Shown here: positions 24,965 to 37,835 of the stretch, piece after piece
How the letters are laid out: each line of letters starts with the position of its first letter
Position numbering within the stretch: position 1 is the stretch's first letter
Source: Octopus vulgaris
Taxonomy: Eukaryota
Length of the DNA: 64,000 bases
NCBI GenBank assembly: GCA_951406725.2
Contig: OX597833.1
Span: 44,826,001-44,890,000 of the forward strand
Direction of reading: 5' to 3'
Program-made: the position numbers and the translations under genes
Notes under the pieces: model-generated
Databases searched by the model: none
The model's input: only the letters and a program-made list of their open reading frames with translations
What the model was told of the DNA's origin: nothing

Positions 24965-26524
24965 TTATAAATACATAAATTTTTACAGGTATTATTATTA
25001 ATGTGAAGGCACGTAGCTTAGTGGTTTGGGTATTTGGTTCACAATTATATGATCATGAGTTCAATTCTCAGCTGTACATTATGTCGTTGAACAAGACACT
25101 TTATTTCACATTACTCCACTCCACTCCACTCAGCTGGCAAACTTGAGTGGTGCCAGTATTTCAAATGACTAGCCTTGTCACTTTCTGTGTCACGCTGAGT
25201 CTCCCTAAGAACTACATTAAGGGTGTGCATACCTGTGGAGTGCTTAGCCACTTGCACATTAATTTCACAAGCTGGCTGTTCCTTTGTGATCAACTGAAAC
25301 ACCTGTCATTGTAATCAATACAGTGCCAGTTTTACTTAAAGTGGCGAGCTGGCTGAGTCAGCACACTGGATGCAATGTGACATTTCATCCGTCTTTACAT
25401 TCTGAGTTCAAATCCCACAGAAGTCGACTTTGCCTTTCATGTCTTTCAGGGTTGATAAAATGGATACCTGGATTGATGTAATCAGCTTACCTCCTTCCCC
25501 AAACTTGCTGTCCTTGTGTCAAAATTTGAAACAATATTATTATTATTAATAATAATGATAATCCAAACAAATGCAAGTTATAAAAATAATACAGGTCAAT
25601 GGTTTTACCTGGTACTTCAGTATTTCAGGGTTAAGACACCTTTTTCAGCAAATCATTGGAGAGGAGGTATTCTAAATTAAGTTACTTTATATAAAAATAA
25701 GACATTACTCTTATGCCCAACACCAGGTACAAAATCCCAGTAGCATCTAGTAATTCACTTTGATCAGTTATGTACGAAAAGAGAAGTTAAGGAGCTCAAT
25801 ACTGTGTACTTGGTACTCATTAAAATTCTTTTGTTTCCTTACCTCGTAAACTGATCTGTTACAATATTAGGGGACATAACATAATTTCCTATCAACTTCC
25901 TTTAAATCAAAACCATTTCGATGGCTGGCATCCGTGCTAGCAGGGTGCAAAGAGCACCATACGAGTGTGATCATTGACAGAGAGGCTATTCGAGTATGAT
26001 CGTTACCAGCGTCGCCTTACTGGCACTTATGCCTATGCTTTTAGGGTGCCAAGAACACCATCCGAGTGTGATCGTTGCCAGAGAAGCCAGCTGGCTTCCG
26101 GACCCGTGGCACGTAAAAGGGCACCATTTCGAGCGTGATCGTTACCAATGTCGCTTCACTGGCACCTGTGTCGGTGGCACGTGTAAAAGATTCAAGCGAG
26201 GTCATTGCCAGTACCGCCTGACTGGCCCCCGTGCAGGTGGCACGTAAAAAGCACCCACTACACTCTCGGAGTGGTTGGCGTTAGGAAGGGCATCCAGCTG
26301 CAGAAACTCTGCTAGATCAAGACTGGAGCCTGGTGCAGCCATCTGGTTGCTAGCCCTCAGTCAAAACCGTCCAACCCATGCTAGCATGGAAAATGGATGT
26401 TAAACGATGATGATGATGATATATATACACACACACATATATAAATCGTATATATTCTGCCGCCAAAAATGATTTACTTTGAAAATTTCTGTACTCAGAA
26501 CCAGATTTTTGTTTCCCCCCACAG

Positions 26525-26601
26525 ATAATAAACAAGCCATTGTAGATCTAATGAGAGTATCAATGGGTCTTATTGCTGATGCTTTACAAGAGTTAGAACA
26601 G
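26525..26601 (+). CDS. CCNDBP1: CCNDBP1 coding exon 7
   Basis: cccacag|(D)NKQAIVDLMRVSMGLIADALQELEQ|gtaaga; cf. human DNKAAALLML...VKDAHEEMEQ. Confidence 0.93.
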
Positions 26602-27120
26602 GTAAGATGGCAACTTTCTACCATTGATACATTCTTACATGAAAAGGGGTGAAAAAAATCATAAGAAAGATCTAAGTTTGTTTTTTATTTTTAATGCAGA
26701 CTATCTGATGGTTGTTGTAGCATTATTCATCAGTTGATTGCTCATGTGTGTATTTTTATCTGTGTGTTAAAAGAAATGTTATCTTTTACATCAAATATAC
26801 TCATTTTAGCCACATTAGGCCCAAATATTCTACTTGTTTCGTGATCAAACTGGGTGGATCAGGCCTCTCACGCCTACCCCATAATGTCATTCTAAAGATA
26901 TGCTATCACGTCATTGAAATCTCAAAGCTACAAGAAGATAATGGAAATTCAAAACTATGTGAATAAATAAGCATTACGTTTGACAGAGTAATCTGAACAC
27001 TAAAGAGTTAAATTAGCTGGGGAAAAAATAAATGATTTTTTTCATTTTTATTCTTTTGCATGTTTCAGCCCTAAGGTTGTGGCAGTGTTGGAGCACTGCT
27101 AGGGATTTGTTAATTTTGAT

Positions 27121-27809
27121 CAGTGGCTCTCAACCATTTTTTACCTATGAACGGCCTGCTGTGCTTACCTTGGATCGTAGGGCAACCTGCTGTGCTTGAG
27201 GAGACCTATTGAGTCAAGTACATCAACATCAAATAAAAATCTAATGGAAATTGTAGTTGTAATACCTGTGCCGGTAGCACGTAAAACGCACCATCCGAAC
27301 GTAGCCAATGCCAGCGCCGCCTTGACTGGCTTCGATGCCGGTGGCACATAAAAAAGCACCAACCGATCGTGGCCGTTGCCAGCCTCCCCTGACACCTATG
27401 CCGGCGGCACATAAAAGCACCCACTACACTCTCAGAGTGGTTGGTGTTAGGAAGGGCATCCAGCTGTAGAAACACTGCCAGATCAGACTGAAGCCTGGTG
27501 CAGCCTCCTGGCTTCCCAGACCCCGGTCGAACCGTCCAACCCATGCCAGCATGGAAAACAGACGTTAAACGATGATGATGAACACCTTTGATTTCTGTTT
27601 TACTCTACTGAACCTCCATAGCCATTTACTGTATATTGAAAAACATCCCACTTTATTTTTATAATCAATTATTATTAGGAATTGTGTAAAAAAAAAAATT
27701 AAAATATTGTGTATTATAGAAATATAAGAAATTTATTGCACATAAATTTTAACAAGAAAATCTTATATGGAAACCCCCAAGAGTCATGGATTATGGTTGA
27801 AAACCACAG
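27121..27809. mobile_element. hAT-like MITE with nested RTE 3'UTR copy (related copy ~11822-12355 with nested SINE)
   Basis: cagtggctctcaacc...ggttgaaaaccacag termini; internal similarity in reverse orientation to 11822-12355. Confidence 0.55.
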
Positions 27810-27987
27810 AGTTAGGTGTTATGGGTTGAAGGGCATATTAGTAAATCAATTTATAACTATTTCACTAATATCACTTAGGCCTTTTAAAAAGTCATGTCTG
27901 TCATACCATCTCATTTCTCCTCTCATCTAAAATGTAAGGTCTTGTAATAAAACATTTAAGATGCATGTATTCTTTGTTCTCTTTCAG

Positions 27988-28293
27988 GGCGTGACTGAAA
28001 ACGGTCAGTTTGATGATATTGATGACATCATGGTTGGTGACCATTGCAATGAAGATGAATGGAGTGAAGAGGACAAGACCTTACTGGGACCCAGTCAGGG
28101 TCTCATTAAGGTTGCTAATCATGTGCTCAAGGAAGCACTAAAGACCACTATGAAAAATGGTAAATGTGACACAGCCAAGCAGATTAGCCAGTATGATGAC
28201 CTGGCAGACCATGTTAAGAAGTTGAGTCCAGCAGTTGACCAACTGGGTATAGCTCTTTATCCACCAATGGGACATCGTTTTGTTCGAGCTTAT
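27988..28293 (+). CDS. CCNDBP1: CCNDBP1 coding exon 8
   Basis: ctttcag|GVTENGQ...WSEEDKTLLGPSQGLIK...NGK...DDLAD...LSPAVDQLGIALYPPMGHRFVRAY|gtgagt; matches the GCIP motifs WSEDDQ and SPSVDDLALSIYPPM. Confidence 0.95.
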
Positions 28294-28367
28294 GTGAGTA
28301 TTATTATTTTTTTAATTCACAATGAGTTTGTGTGCCTATATATATATATATATATATGTATTTAAAA

Positions 28368-28560
28368 GGGGTGCTGAAAAATTCCTGGCTTTAAGGGTAT
28401 CATGAAAAACCTAGTTGGAATGCCAATCTTCCAAGTTCTTTTAGAAAAGGACTGCTGCAATAAATGTGTGAATCTGAGAGGGATATATGTTGAATAAAAT
28501 TATAATTAACTGATCCTCCTGTATTTTCTTTTACCCAAAACCAGGAACTTTTCAGCACCC
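28368..28560. mobile_element. Mariner-type MITE (second copy ~29885-30100)
   Basis: TIR gggtgctgaaaaattcctgg / ccaggaacttttcagcaccc; two similar copies 1.5 kb apart. Confidence 0.7.
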
Positions 28561-30624
28561 AATCGTGTGTGTTGGTGTATATATATATATATATATATGC
28601 ACACAGATTCATCACAAATTATATATATGCAGAGAGAGAGCAACTGATTTGATAGGCAAAAAAACTAGAGGAAATGTGATGTTAATGTGAATTTTCTTTT
28701 TTATATTATAACACTAGAATCCCCACCAAATACAAATCTAGTTTGTTTCCTAATTAAAATAGACAACTTCCAAGGTAGTTAAGTAGTTTATACTTAAATT
28801 CATGGCCGTGGGCATCATAGCCATCAGACTGAAAGTGTACAGCACTTAAAATAATGGAGGTGGTGGTGGTCATCGTCTTCTTCATGACGAAGCGAGTGGT
28901 AATCGAAAGAGAGACAGAGACAGACAGTGAGGCCGAAAGAGAGAGAGACAGAGCCAGAGAGAGTGGGTGGGTAGAGGTCAAGAACACGAGGGAGAAAAAT
29001 ATTCTTTTGGGATTTGCGTAGCTTAATTTAACGAGACAGCAAATGTTGATAATAGTAAAATAGAATTGAGAAATCTGAGAGTTTTCGGTCAGACAATCTA
29101 AGGCAAAATTAGAGAAATAAGTGACTGTGTGATAAACTTTAACAGATGAATGATTCAATGAATATGTTGCAGTCAAGGAAATGCGTGAACTAAGGTAATA
29201 TCTTAAGGCCACGACAAGGAAGTCGAAACTACTGAAACTATAATTTACATGATGACATGGTACTGAAATAGACAGGATAATGCAAAGAACTAACAAGGGG
29301 TTTATGATCTGCGCAGAAATAGAAGAGTAGATGAACGAGGTTGAAAAGACAAAACTTCTTATCTGAGCATCTTCTGGGATTCGTATGTATATATATATAT
29401 ATATATATATATACATACGAATGACCTTCGAAACGTGGAGTAGATGAAACAAAGGCGACTGAAGAAGGGGAATTTTCCTTGTTTTGTATGTCCTGTACTC
29501 TATTTTTTTGTTGTTTAAGAAAAATGTCCATTTCCTTGGTTTTGTGTTTACGTTTTCATTTCTCATTGTGTTCGACGTTTTTTTGGTGTCCTGTACCCAT
29601 ATATGCATGTATATATACATGTAGAGGTAGGTACGTACATATATGTATGTATATATGCATATGTTTTATTTATTTATTAATTTTATATATATATATATAC
29701 TACAGGCTTCTTTCAGTTTCCATCTACCAAATCCACTCACAAGACTGGTTAGCCCAAGGCTATAGTAGGCTATACACTTGCCCAAGGTGCCACACAGCGG
29801 GATTGAATCCGGAACCATGTGGTTGGGAAGCAAGCTTCTTACCACACAACCACGCCTATACACATACACACGCACACACACACACAAGGGGGTGCTGGAA
29901 AGTACCTGGCTTTAAGGATATTGCACAAGATCTGGTTGGTGGCCCAACATTCCAATTTCTTTTACAAAACTTAAAAAACTGAAGGACCACTGTCATAAGT
30001 GTGTGAATCTGAGAGTGAAACATGTTGAATAAAATCAAAATTAACTGATCCTCCTATATTTTCTTTTAAACAAAGGCAAGAACTTTTCAGCAACCCCTTG
30101 TATATATACTCACGTAAACTCTTTTAACACTCCAGTTGTTATACTGCCCACACAAGTACATCTTCTTACTGGTCCACTGTGCCTTTTAACAAAGAGAAAT
30201 TGCAGTGTACTACATCACACAAAACGAAGAAAAGAGACATCAAGCTAAGTGTAATCATAATCGTGGTCAGTGTTGGTGATGTGTGAAAAGCACCTATGCT
30301 GGTAACACGCAAAAGGCACCCATGCCAGTGACACCTAAAAGGCATCTGTGCTGGTGACATGTTAAGGGTACCCTGTACACTCTTTGGAGTAGTTAGCATT
30401 AGGAAGGGCATCCAGCCAGCCATAGAAACCAAGCCAAAACAGATTGGAACCTGGTGCAGTTCTCCAACTAACCAGTGCAGATCAAACTGTCTAACCCCTG
30501 GCAGCATGGAAAATGGACACTATATAATAATGATGATGTTAGTAAGCAAATCAATCCTATACAGTATTAAATAATTAATGAGAGAGGCAGTACTCAGAGC
30601 ACAAGACATGCTGAAACATACACA

Positions 30625-30801
30625 GGCGCAGGAGTGGCTGTGTGGTAAGTAGCTTGTTTACCAACCACATGGTTCCAGGTTCAGTCCCACTGTGTGGCAC
30701 CTTGGGCAAGTGTCTTCTACTATAGCCTCGGGCCAACCAAAGCCTTGTGAGTGGATTTGGTAGATGGAAACTGAAAGAAGCCCGTCGTATATATGTATAT
30801 G

Positions 30802-30851
<50 letters not shown>

Positions 30852-31055
30852 TGGTGTGTGTTTGTCCCCCTAGCATTGCTTGACAACTGAAGCTGGTGTG
30901 TTTATGTCCCCGTCACTTAGCGGTTCGGCAAAAGAGCCCGATAGAATAAGTACTGGGCTTACAAAAGAATAAGTCCCGAGGTCGAGTTGCTCGATTAAAG
31001 GCGGTGCTCCAGCATGGCCGCAGTCAAATGACTGAAACAAGTAAAAGTAAAAGAT
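30625..31055 (+). mobile_element. tRNA-derived SINE family B, representative copy. Others: ~6640-6790+, 15476-15843-, 22963-23115+, 29700-29857-, 33367-33730+, 38582-38968+, 52832-53220+, 53229-53490+, 58377-58648+
   Basis: Recurrent ggcgcaggagtggctgtgtggtaag (A box)...ggttcagtccc (B-box-like), internal (TA)n, tail gactgaaacaagtaaaag. Confidence 0.88.
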
Positions 31056-31150
31056 AAGATAATGCACTGATTACAAACAAAATATAAGGCCCACCCTGGC
31101 TGAAGATTTTCATATTAAATCAATTTTTTTCTTTCCTTTTTTTATCATAG

Positions 31151-31197
31151 TCTGAACACTTGGCTGAAATTTTGAGGAACTTTTTGAACTGTCTCAG
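31151..31197 (+). CDS. CCNDBP1: CCNDBP1 coding exon 9
   Basis: atcatag|SEHLAEILRNFLNCL-AG|gtgagt; phase 0 to 2 bridges exons 8 and 10. Confidence 0.87.
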
Positions 31198-31465
31198 GTG
31201 AGTCATTGACTTATTTTTACTTGAAGTGTTTTTTTTCTGTTTCTTTCTTTTCTTTCTTGCTTGCTTTGTTTTCACTATTGAAAATTTGTAAGGCTTTAGT
31301 TTGGCATTTCTATAAAACCATTAATATCATCATCATCATTGTTTTAACGCATGAGTCACAGAATTTGTCGAAGCAGATTTTCTTACAGCTAGATGCCCCT
31401 GTTTTTGCTGCCAACCCTTACTTGTGTCCAAGTAATTTCTTTACTTTTTTTTCTTCTTTTTGTAG

Positions 31466-31565
31466 ATCATCACATGTGACTGATGAAGATGATAAGCAGT
31501 GGTTGGAATTCTTATTAAAGGCTGTTGAGCATAATACAGAGAAAATTCATGGTCTCACGGACTGA
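31466..31565 (+). CDS. CCNDBP1: CCNDBP1 terminal coding exon 10
   Basis: tttgtag|(R)SSHVTDEDDKQWLEFLLKAVEHNTEKIHGLTD*; cf. human ASHVTPQPEDSWIPLLINAIDHCMNRIKELT. Confidence 0.92.
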
Positions 31566-31606
31566 CACTAATAGTATTCTTGTATATACACTTCTGAAGA
31601 ACTGTA

Positions 31607-31612
31607 AATAAA
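31607..31612 (+). terminator. Candidate polyadenylation signal of CCNDBP1
   Basis: AATAAA 42 nt after the stop, followed by a T/GT-rich tract. Confidence 0.55.
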
Positions 31613-32399
31613 AGTTTTTTTGTAAAGTGAACAATTGTTTGTTTTTTTCAGTGGCTTCAATTTTGACTTGACTAGAGCATCTATTAAAGCTATTATTGTG
31701 AGAAGCAATCTTTGGTCTATGCACCACTGGTCATCCTTTCACTCTTTATCTATCATTCCCTACATCCACCTTTCAACCCAACCCAGTCTTTACATTGTTG
31801 CCTACCTCCCCTCTCCCATGCTCACCTAGTTCCTCTGTCCCCTCACTCCTTGTCTTGTACCTTAAGGATCCACCTGTACTTGAAGCTCCTACTAATCATT
31901 CTCACCCTCTCTTCTGTTACCAACGGGCTGAAACCAGCTCTGGCTCTGAGTACAAATACCTTGTTTTCATTAGTTTTGAATTAAAATCTTCCACCAAACC
32001 TTAGTCACAATTTATGTTCCTAACACCAGCTTAATGATAACTATGTTATTCTACTAATTTCTTTGTTATATTTAAAGTAATTGAAAGAAACACAGAACCT
32101 CTCAAAATAAATACAGTAATGAAAGGGCCTTATTAATGTAGCTTCTCTACAATAAGAACCAGCTCCCCGCTCACTCCACTTTCATACTTTAACCAACCCT
32201 CATCTCCTGGTGTAAAGACAACCCCCATTTCCCTGCCTTGGGTTTGGTTGTCTTGCAAGCAACATGGTGACCTGACTAGACTTGGTAGCACGAAATAAGT
32301 GCACAGTACACACTACTGTAAAGTGGTTCGCATTAGGAAGGGCATCCAGCTACAGGAACCATCCCAAAGCAGACAGTGGAGCATGTTAGTTAATTTTTT

Positions 32400-32870
32400 G
32401 GCTCAAAAAGCGAAAAGCAAGGCCATGTAGGGGGACATGGAGTTATGTAGAAGGTGGTGTTCATGTAAAGAGTTCAGGCCATTTGAGGTCAAGGGAGACT
32501 TTGAACCGAGCGGTCATCGGCATCTTCACTATCTCGTCCGGCAGCTTATTCAACGGATCCACAACCCGGACAGAGAAAGCCCCTCTCCTTCGATTGAGAT
32601 GAAATCGTCGCAGATAGAGCTTTTCGGAGTGACCCCGCAGCTGACGCTCTGGAGCAGGAGTGAAGAACAGCTCTTTCGAGAGGTTACACTTTCCGCTTAT
32701 GATGTTGTGAGCAAGAATGAGATCACCACATCGTCATCGTTTTTCTAGAGAATAAAGGTCGAGCATCTTCAGCCTTTCTTCATAAGACAAATGCTTGAGA
32801 CCAAGAACCATGCGGGTAGCCAGCTTCTGGACTCTTTCGAGATGCTGTATGTCTTTGAGGATCCAGTCTA
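32400..32870 (-). mobile_element. CR1/L2-type LINE 3' fragment
   Basis: [36 protein letters not shown]. Confidence 0.85.
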
Positions 32871-34189
32871 GACTCGTTGGATCCCATAAAACTATCCAAC
32901 CCATGACAGCATGGAGGATGAACATTGAATGATGAGATGAGACGGAGCAAAAGAATTCTTAGATATTTATAAGCATACAGGCAAGGCTGTGTGGTAAGAA
33001 GCTTGCTTCCCAACCACATGGGTCCATGTTCAGTCATACTGCATGGCACTTTGGGCAAGTGTCTTCTATAGCCTCAATCAACCAAAGCCTTGAGTAGATT
33101 TGGTAGACAGAAACTAAAAGAAGCATTCCCCTAATCGATTTTTAATATCTCTGCCGAAGGATACGAATCTCAGAAGATGCTCAGATAAGAAGTTTTGTCT
33201 GTTCAACCTCGTTCATCTACTCTTCTATTTCTGCACAGATCATAAACCCCTTATTAGTTCTTTTCAATATTCTGTCTATTTCATGACCATGTAAATATAG
33301 TTTCAATAGCACACATATCCTTAACCGCCACATAATCATTTATTCAAGTTTATCACACAGTTTATAGGCGCAGGAGTGGCTGTGTGGTAAGTAGCTTGCT
33401 AACCAACCACATGGTTGTGGGTTCAGTCCCACTGCGTGGCATCTTGGGCAAGTGTCTTCTGCTATAGCCCCGGGCTGACCAATGCCTTGTGAGTGGATTT
33501 GGTAGACGGAAACTGAAAGAAGCCTGTCGTATATATGTGTTTGTCCCCCTAGCATTGCTTGACAACCGATGCTGGTGTGTTTACGTCCCCGTAACTTAGT
33601 GGTTCGGCAAAAGAGACCAATAGAATAAGTACTGGGCTTACAAAGAATAAGTCCCAGGGTCGATTTGCTCAACTAAAGGCGGTGCTCCAGCATGGCCGCA
33701 GTCAAATGACTGAAACAAGTAAAAGAGAGTCACTTATTTCTCTAATTTTGTCATAGATTGGCTGACTGAAAACTCTAAGATTTTTCAATTCTATTTTACT
33801 ACTATCAACATATAAACTAGCGCACACACTTGGATTCCCCTACTCTATTTTTGATACCTCCAACGAAAGAATACGTATCCAGAAGATGCTCTTGTCTAAA
33901 TTTGCTAGTTCGCTGTGTGCCTGCCCTCCCACCCACTCCATCTGTATCAGAAGTTCCTATCCTCTGTCATCATTTGGTTGTCTCCCATGAACACTTCTAA
34001 AGGCTTTACACCATCCCCACTCTTACTTAGGGTTTATCTCCTATGTAAGGTAGTGATGATATAGTGCAAAAATATAATTGTGTAGTGTATGCAGGTTGAA
34101 TTGAAGGCTATTATTTGTTTATGAATTCTGCCAAATATGCGAGCTTTCTTTTCTGGTACATGACACTGCTGTCCCCCGTCTCAGGGTCT

Positions 34190-37100
34190 CATGGGCCCAC
34201 ACCCGCCTAACCCTTAGGATTGGCACTCTCAACGTTGGCACACTGAAAGGTAGGTCTGGAGAGATTGTTGAGATGCTTGAACGATTTGTACCACCTCCAA
34301 GTAGTAAGGTGGAGAGGAGGTTCCTCACAGGCAAAGAACACAGGTACAAGATTTTCTGGGCAGGGATCTCTGATAGGGTTGGGGCATGGGTATATTTTGC
34401 AGAGAAATGGGTTGATAAGGTAATCGAAGTAGTCAGAGTATGCGTCAGAATACTTAAGATTAGATTAGTGCTTCATGACTGGTTAGCAACCATTATCTTG
34501 ACCTATGCCCTTCGGCCAGGGCTACCTGATGGACAGAAAGACCGATTTTATGACACCTCTTGCAGACTACCTCGTTGATGAATGACAGGGACCTTCTCTT
34601 CGTGACTACTAACTTCAACGGATGTGCTGGACAACATGCAGGGCCCTCCATGGAGGTTACGGTTTTGGTTCCCGCAATGAGGAGGGAACCAGGCTGCTGG
34701 ACTTCTGCAATGCAAATGATCTTATGGTTTGCTATACTAACTTCAGGAAACCTGCCAGTTACCTAGTCACCAACCGTTCTGCCTGACACACTAGCCAAAT
34801 TGACTACATCCTTGCCAGGAAAAGGGAAAGATGGCTGCTTATAAATGCCAAAACCTTTCCAGGCGAAGAATGTACCCAACATAGACTGGTAGTCAGCGAC
34901 TTCAGGATCAGGGCTAAATAAATGGAAGCCCAGAAGACGACCAGCATGGAGGAGAAGGGTCTGGAAGCTTAAAGATCCTGTGAATGGACAGAGATTTAGA
35001 GACATATTACTCGAAGCCTCTGATGAAATAGAAGGGGATATAGCTTCACTCGATGTGGAAGACAACTGGAGGTTTCTACAGGACAACCTATTGAAGGCCA
35101 CTGACCATATCTGTGGATGGTGCAAAATCCCCTCTTGACCCAAAATAATGTGGTGGTGGAACAATGTTGTTGACAGGGCTATTAGAGAAAAGAAACAGGC
35201 TTGGAAGAATGGTGGTAGCAGGGAATTGTATCAGACTGCCAGAAGGGAAGCTAGGAGACAGGTTTATTTAGCCAGAGGGGAAGCAGATAAGAAAAAATTT
35301 GCCAATATTCTGTGCCGTGAGGACCAAAGACTTGAGGTATTTCATGTTGCAAGACAGTGTGTGAGAGAGAATCATGATGTAGGAGAGAAATGTGTCCGCA
35401 TGGATAATGGTTCACTTGCACTAAATGAGGCTGCTAAGAGAGAGGTTTGGAGACGCTACTATGAAAGGTTGCTCAATAAAGAGAATGAATGGGAGAAAGA
35501 GAGTCTGCCGAATGTTGACCCAACAGAGGGACCATCAGGAATCACTGCAGAGATGCTCAAAATATCTGGCGGTGTTGGCTATAGCCAAGTCACCCATATA
35601 GTTAACCAGGTGATATATGAAGGAGTCATACCCAATGACTGGTGTAGCAGAACCATAGTCAACTGCTACAAAGATAAAGGTGACACTTTAGATACAAATA
35701 ATTACAAAGGTATCAAGTTGTTGGATCAGGTAATGAAGGTCATAGCCCAACTAATTAGGGAGAGTCAGTTTGGGTTCATGCCAGGGAAAAGCACCACTGA
35801 TGCTATATTTCTGGTAAGACAGCTGCAGGAGAAATACCTAGCCACAGATAAACCTCTGTACTTGGCTTTCATTGACATGGAGAAAGCCTTTGACAGGGTC
35901 CCCCCATCCCTTATCTGGTGGTCAATGAGGAAACTAGGGATAGATGAATGGTTAGTGAGAGCTCTCTCCAGGTAGATGGCCCTGCTCGATCTGTAGAAAA
36001 GGTGTAAGTAGAAACTCTATAAGATGTACCCAGTGTAAGCTATGGACACATAAGAGGTGCAGCAATATCAAAGGAAGGCTAACTGGGAAGATAGTTTTTG
36101 TATGTGGCAGATGCTCAGGAGCAATAAATAATGAAAATGTGCAGAGAACAACTTCTGCCACATTCCAGGGAGAAAAACTAGAAGTAGTTGATAGCTTCTG
36201 TTATCTAGGTGACCAAGTCAGTAGCAGGGGTGGGTGCACTGAAAGTGTAGCTGCTAGAATAAGAAAATAAGAATAGCCTGGGCAAAGTTCAGAGAGCTCT
36301 TACCTCTGCTGGTGACAAAGGGCCTCTCACTCAGAGTAAAAGGTAGACTGTATGATGGATGTGTACGAACAGCCATGCTACATGGCAGTGAAACATGGGC
36401 CATGACTGTTGAGAACATGCGTAAGCTTGCAAGGAATGAAGCCAGTATGCTCTGCTGGATGTGTAATGTCAGTGTGCATACTTGACAGAGTGTAAGTACC
36501 TTGAGAGAAAGGTTGGACATAAGAAGCATCAGATGTGGTGTGCAAGAGAGACGACTGAGCTGGTATGGTCATGTGGTGAGAATGGATGAGGATAGCTGTG
36601 TGAAAAAGTGCCACACCCTAGCGGTTGAAGGACCTGGGATGAGGTGGTGAAGCACAACCTTCGAACATTAGGCCTCACCGAGGCAATGACTAGTGACTGA
36701 GACCTTTGGAAATATGCTGTGCTTGAGAAGACTCAGCAAGCCAAGTGAGACCATAACCCGTGACCTATGCCAGGGGTGTAACCAGCCCACTTATGCATAC
36801 CTTTCCTGCATTAGACATTAAACTCTGCTTGCGACGACCTGTTGAGGCAAGTGAAATCGTAATCAAATTTGATGACTGGCATCCTTCCTCATGGAGCACT
36901 AAGAGCACTATCCGAGCATGATCATTGCCAAAGCAGCTGAGTGGCTTCCGTGCCGGCGGCGCATAAAAAGCACCATTCGAGCGTGATCATTACCAGGGTT
37001 GCCTTACTGGCCAGTGACACATAAAAAAATATTAAAGCAAGGTTGTTGCCAGTGCTGCTAGACCAGTTCCTGAGCAGGTGGCACGTAAAAAACACCATTT

Positions 37101-37309
37101 GAGCATGGCCGTTGCCACTACCGCCTGAGTGGCTCTCGTGCCGGAGGCATGTAAAAGCACCCACTACATAGGAAGGGCATCCAGCTGTAGAAACTCTACC
37201 AGATCAGATTGGAACCTGGTGCAGCCATCTAGTTCGCCAGTCCTCAGTCAAATCGTCCAACCCATGCTAGCATGGAAAGCAAACGTTAAACAATGATGAT
37301 GATGATGAT
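34190..37309 (+). mobile_element. Degenerate near-full-length copy of the same RTE family (AP-endonuclease remnant, RT with internal deletion, long 3'UTR ending in (GAT)n)
   Basis: Endonuclease-start-like LRIGTLNVGTL, WWWN linker, DMEKAFD, PHD-like Cys array and RLSWYGH; multiple frameshifts; 3' end catgctagcatggaaagcaaacgttaaacaatgatgatg. Confidence 0.9.
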
Positions 37310-37444
37310 GTGTGTGTTTGCCCCCAACCACTTGACAATCGGTGTTGGTGTGTTTACATCCCAGTAACATAGCAGTTCATCAAGAAAGATTGATAGAATG
37401 AGTACTAGGCTTAAAAGAAATAAGCCCTGGGAGGTCAATTTATA

Positions 37445-37835
37445 TGATAATGAAATTATTGTATACAGTGCTCGGGTGCACCACAACTTGTCAGACAGTG
37501 CATATAAAGCACATGCAGTAATGTACAAATGTCTGGAAAGCGAACAATGCATGAGTCAGATACATGCTTGTGTGTGTATGGAGGAGAGAAAATCAGGTGT
37601 AGTGTTGGCGAATCTCAGAAAGCATGGAAGTTTCGAAGGATGCAATGCTCCGACAACTAACAACTGATGCCGGCAGTTTGTTCCATGCTTCAGCAACTCT
37701 CAGCATGAAAAAATGTATCCTAAAGTCATGGGAGCTGTGCTGTTTTCTGACTTTGTAAATATGTCCACAGGTGTTAGATGAGTGGAGTTTGAAAAGGTGC
37801 TCAGAGTTATTGTTTGTACGATGGTTGATAATTTT
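37445..37835 (-). mobile_element. CR1/L2-type LINE 3' end, nested in a SINE
   Basis: HLFKLHSSNTCGHIYK...FFMLRVAEAWNKLP; near-identical to 39222-39690. Confidence 0.85.

Noticed and set aside
25940-26260. Regularly recurring ggcacgtaaaa modules resembling a CRISPR-like array
   Set aside because: Eukaryotic LINE 3'UTR modules with related spacers; no cas genes.
28754-29620. 288-aa minus-strand ORF
   Set aside because: Runs across microsatellites and unrelated repeats with no recognisable domain.
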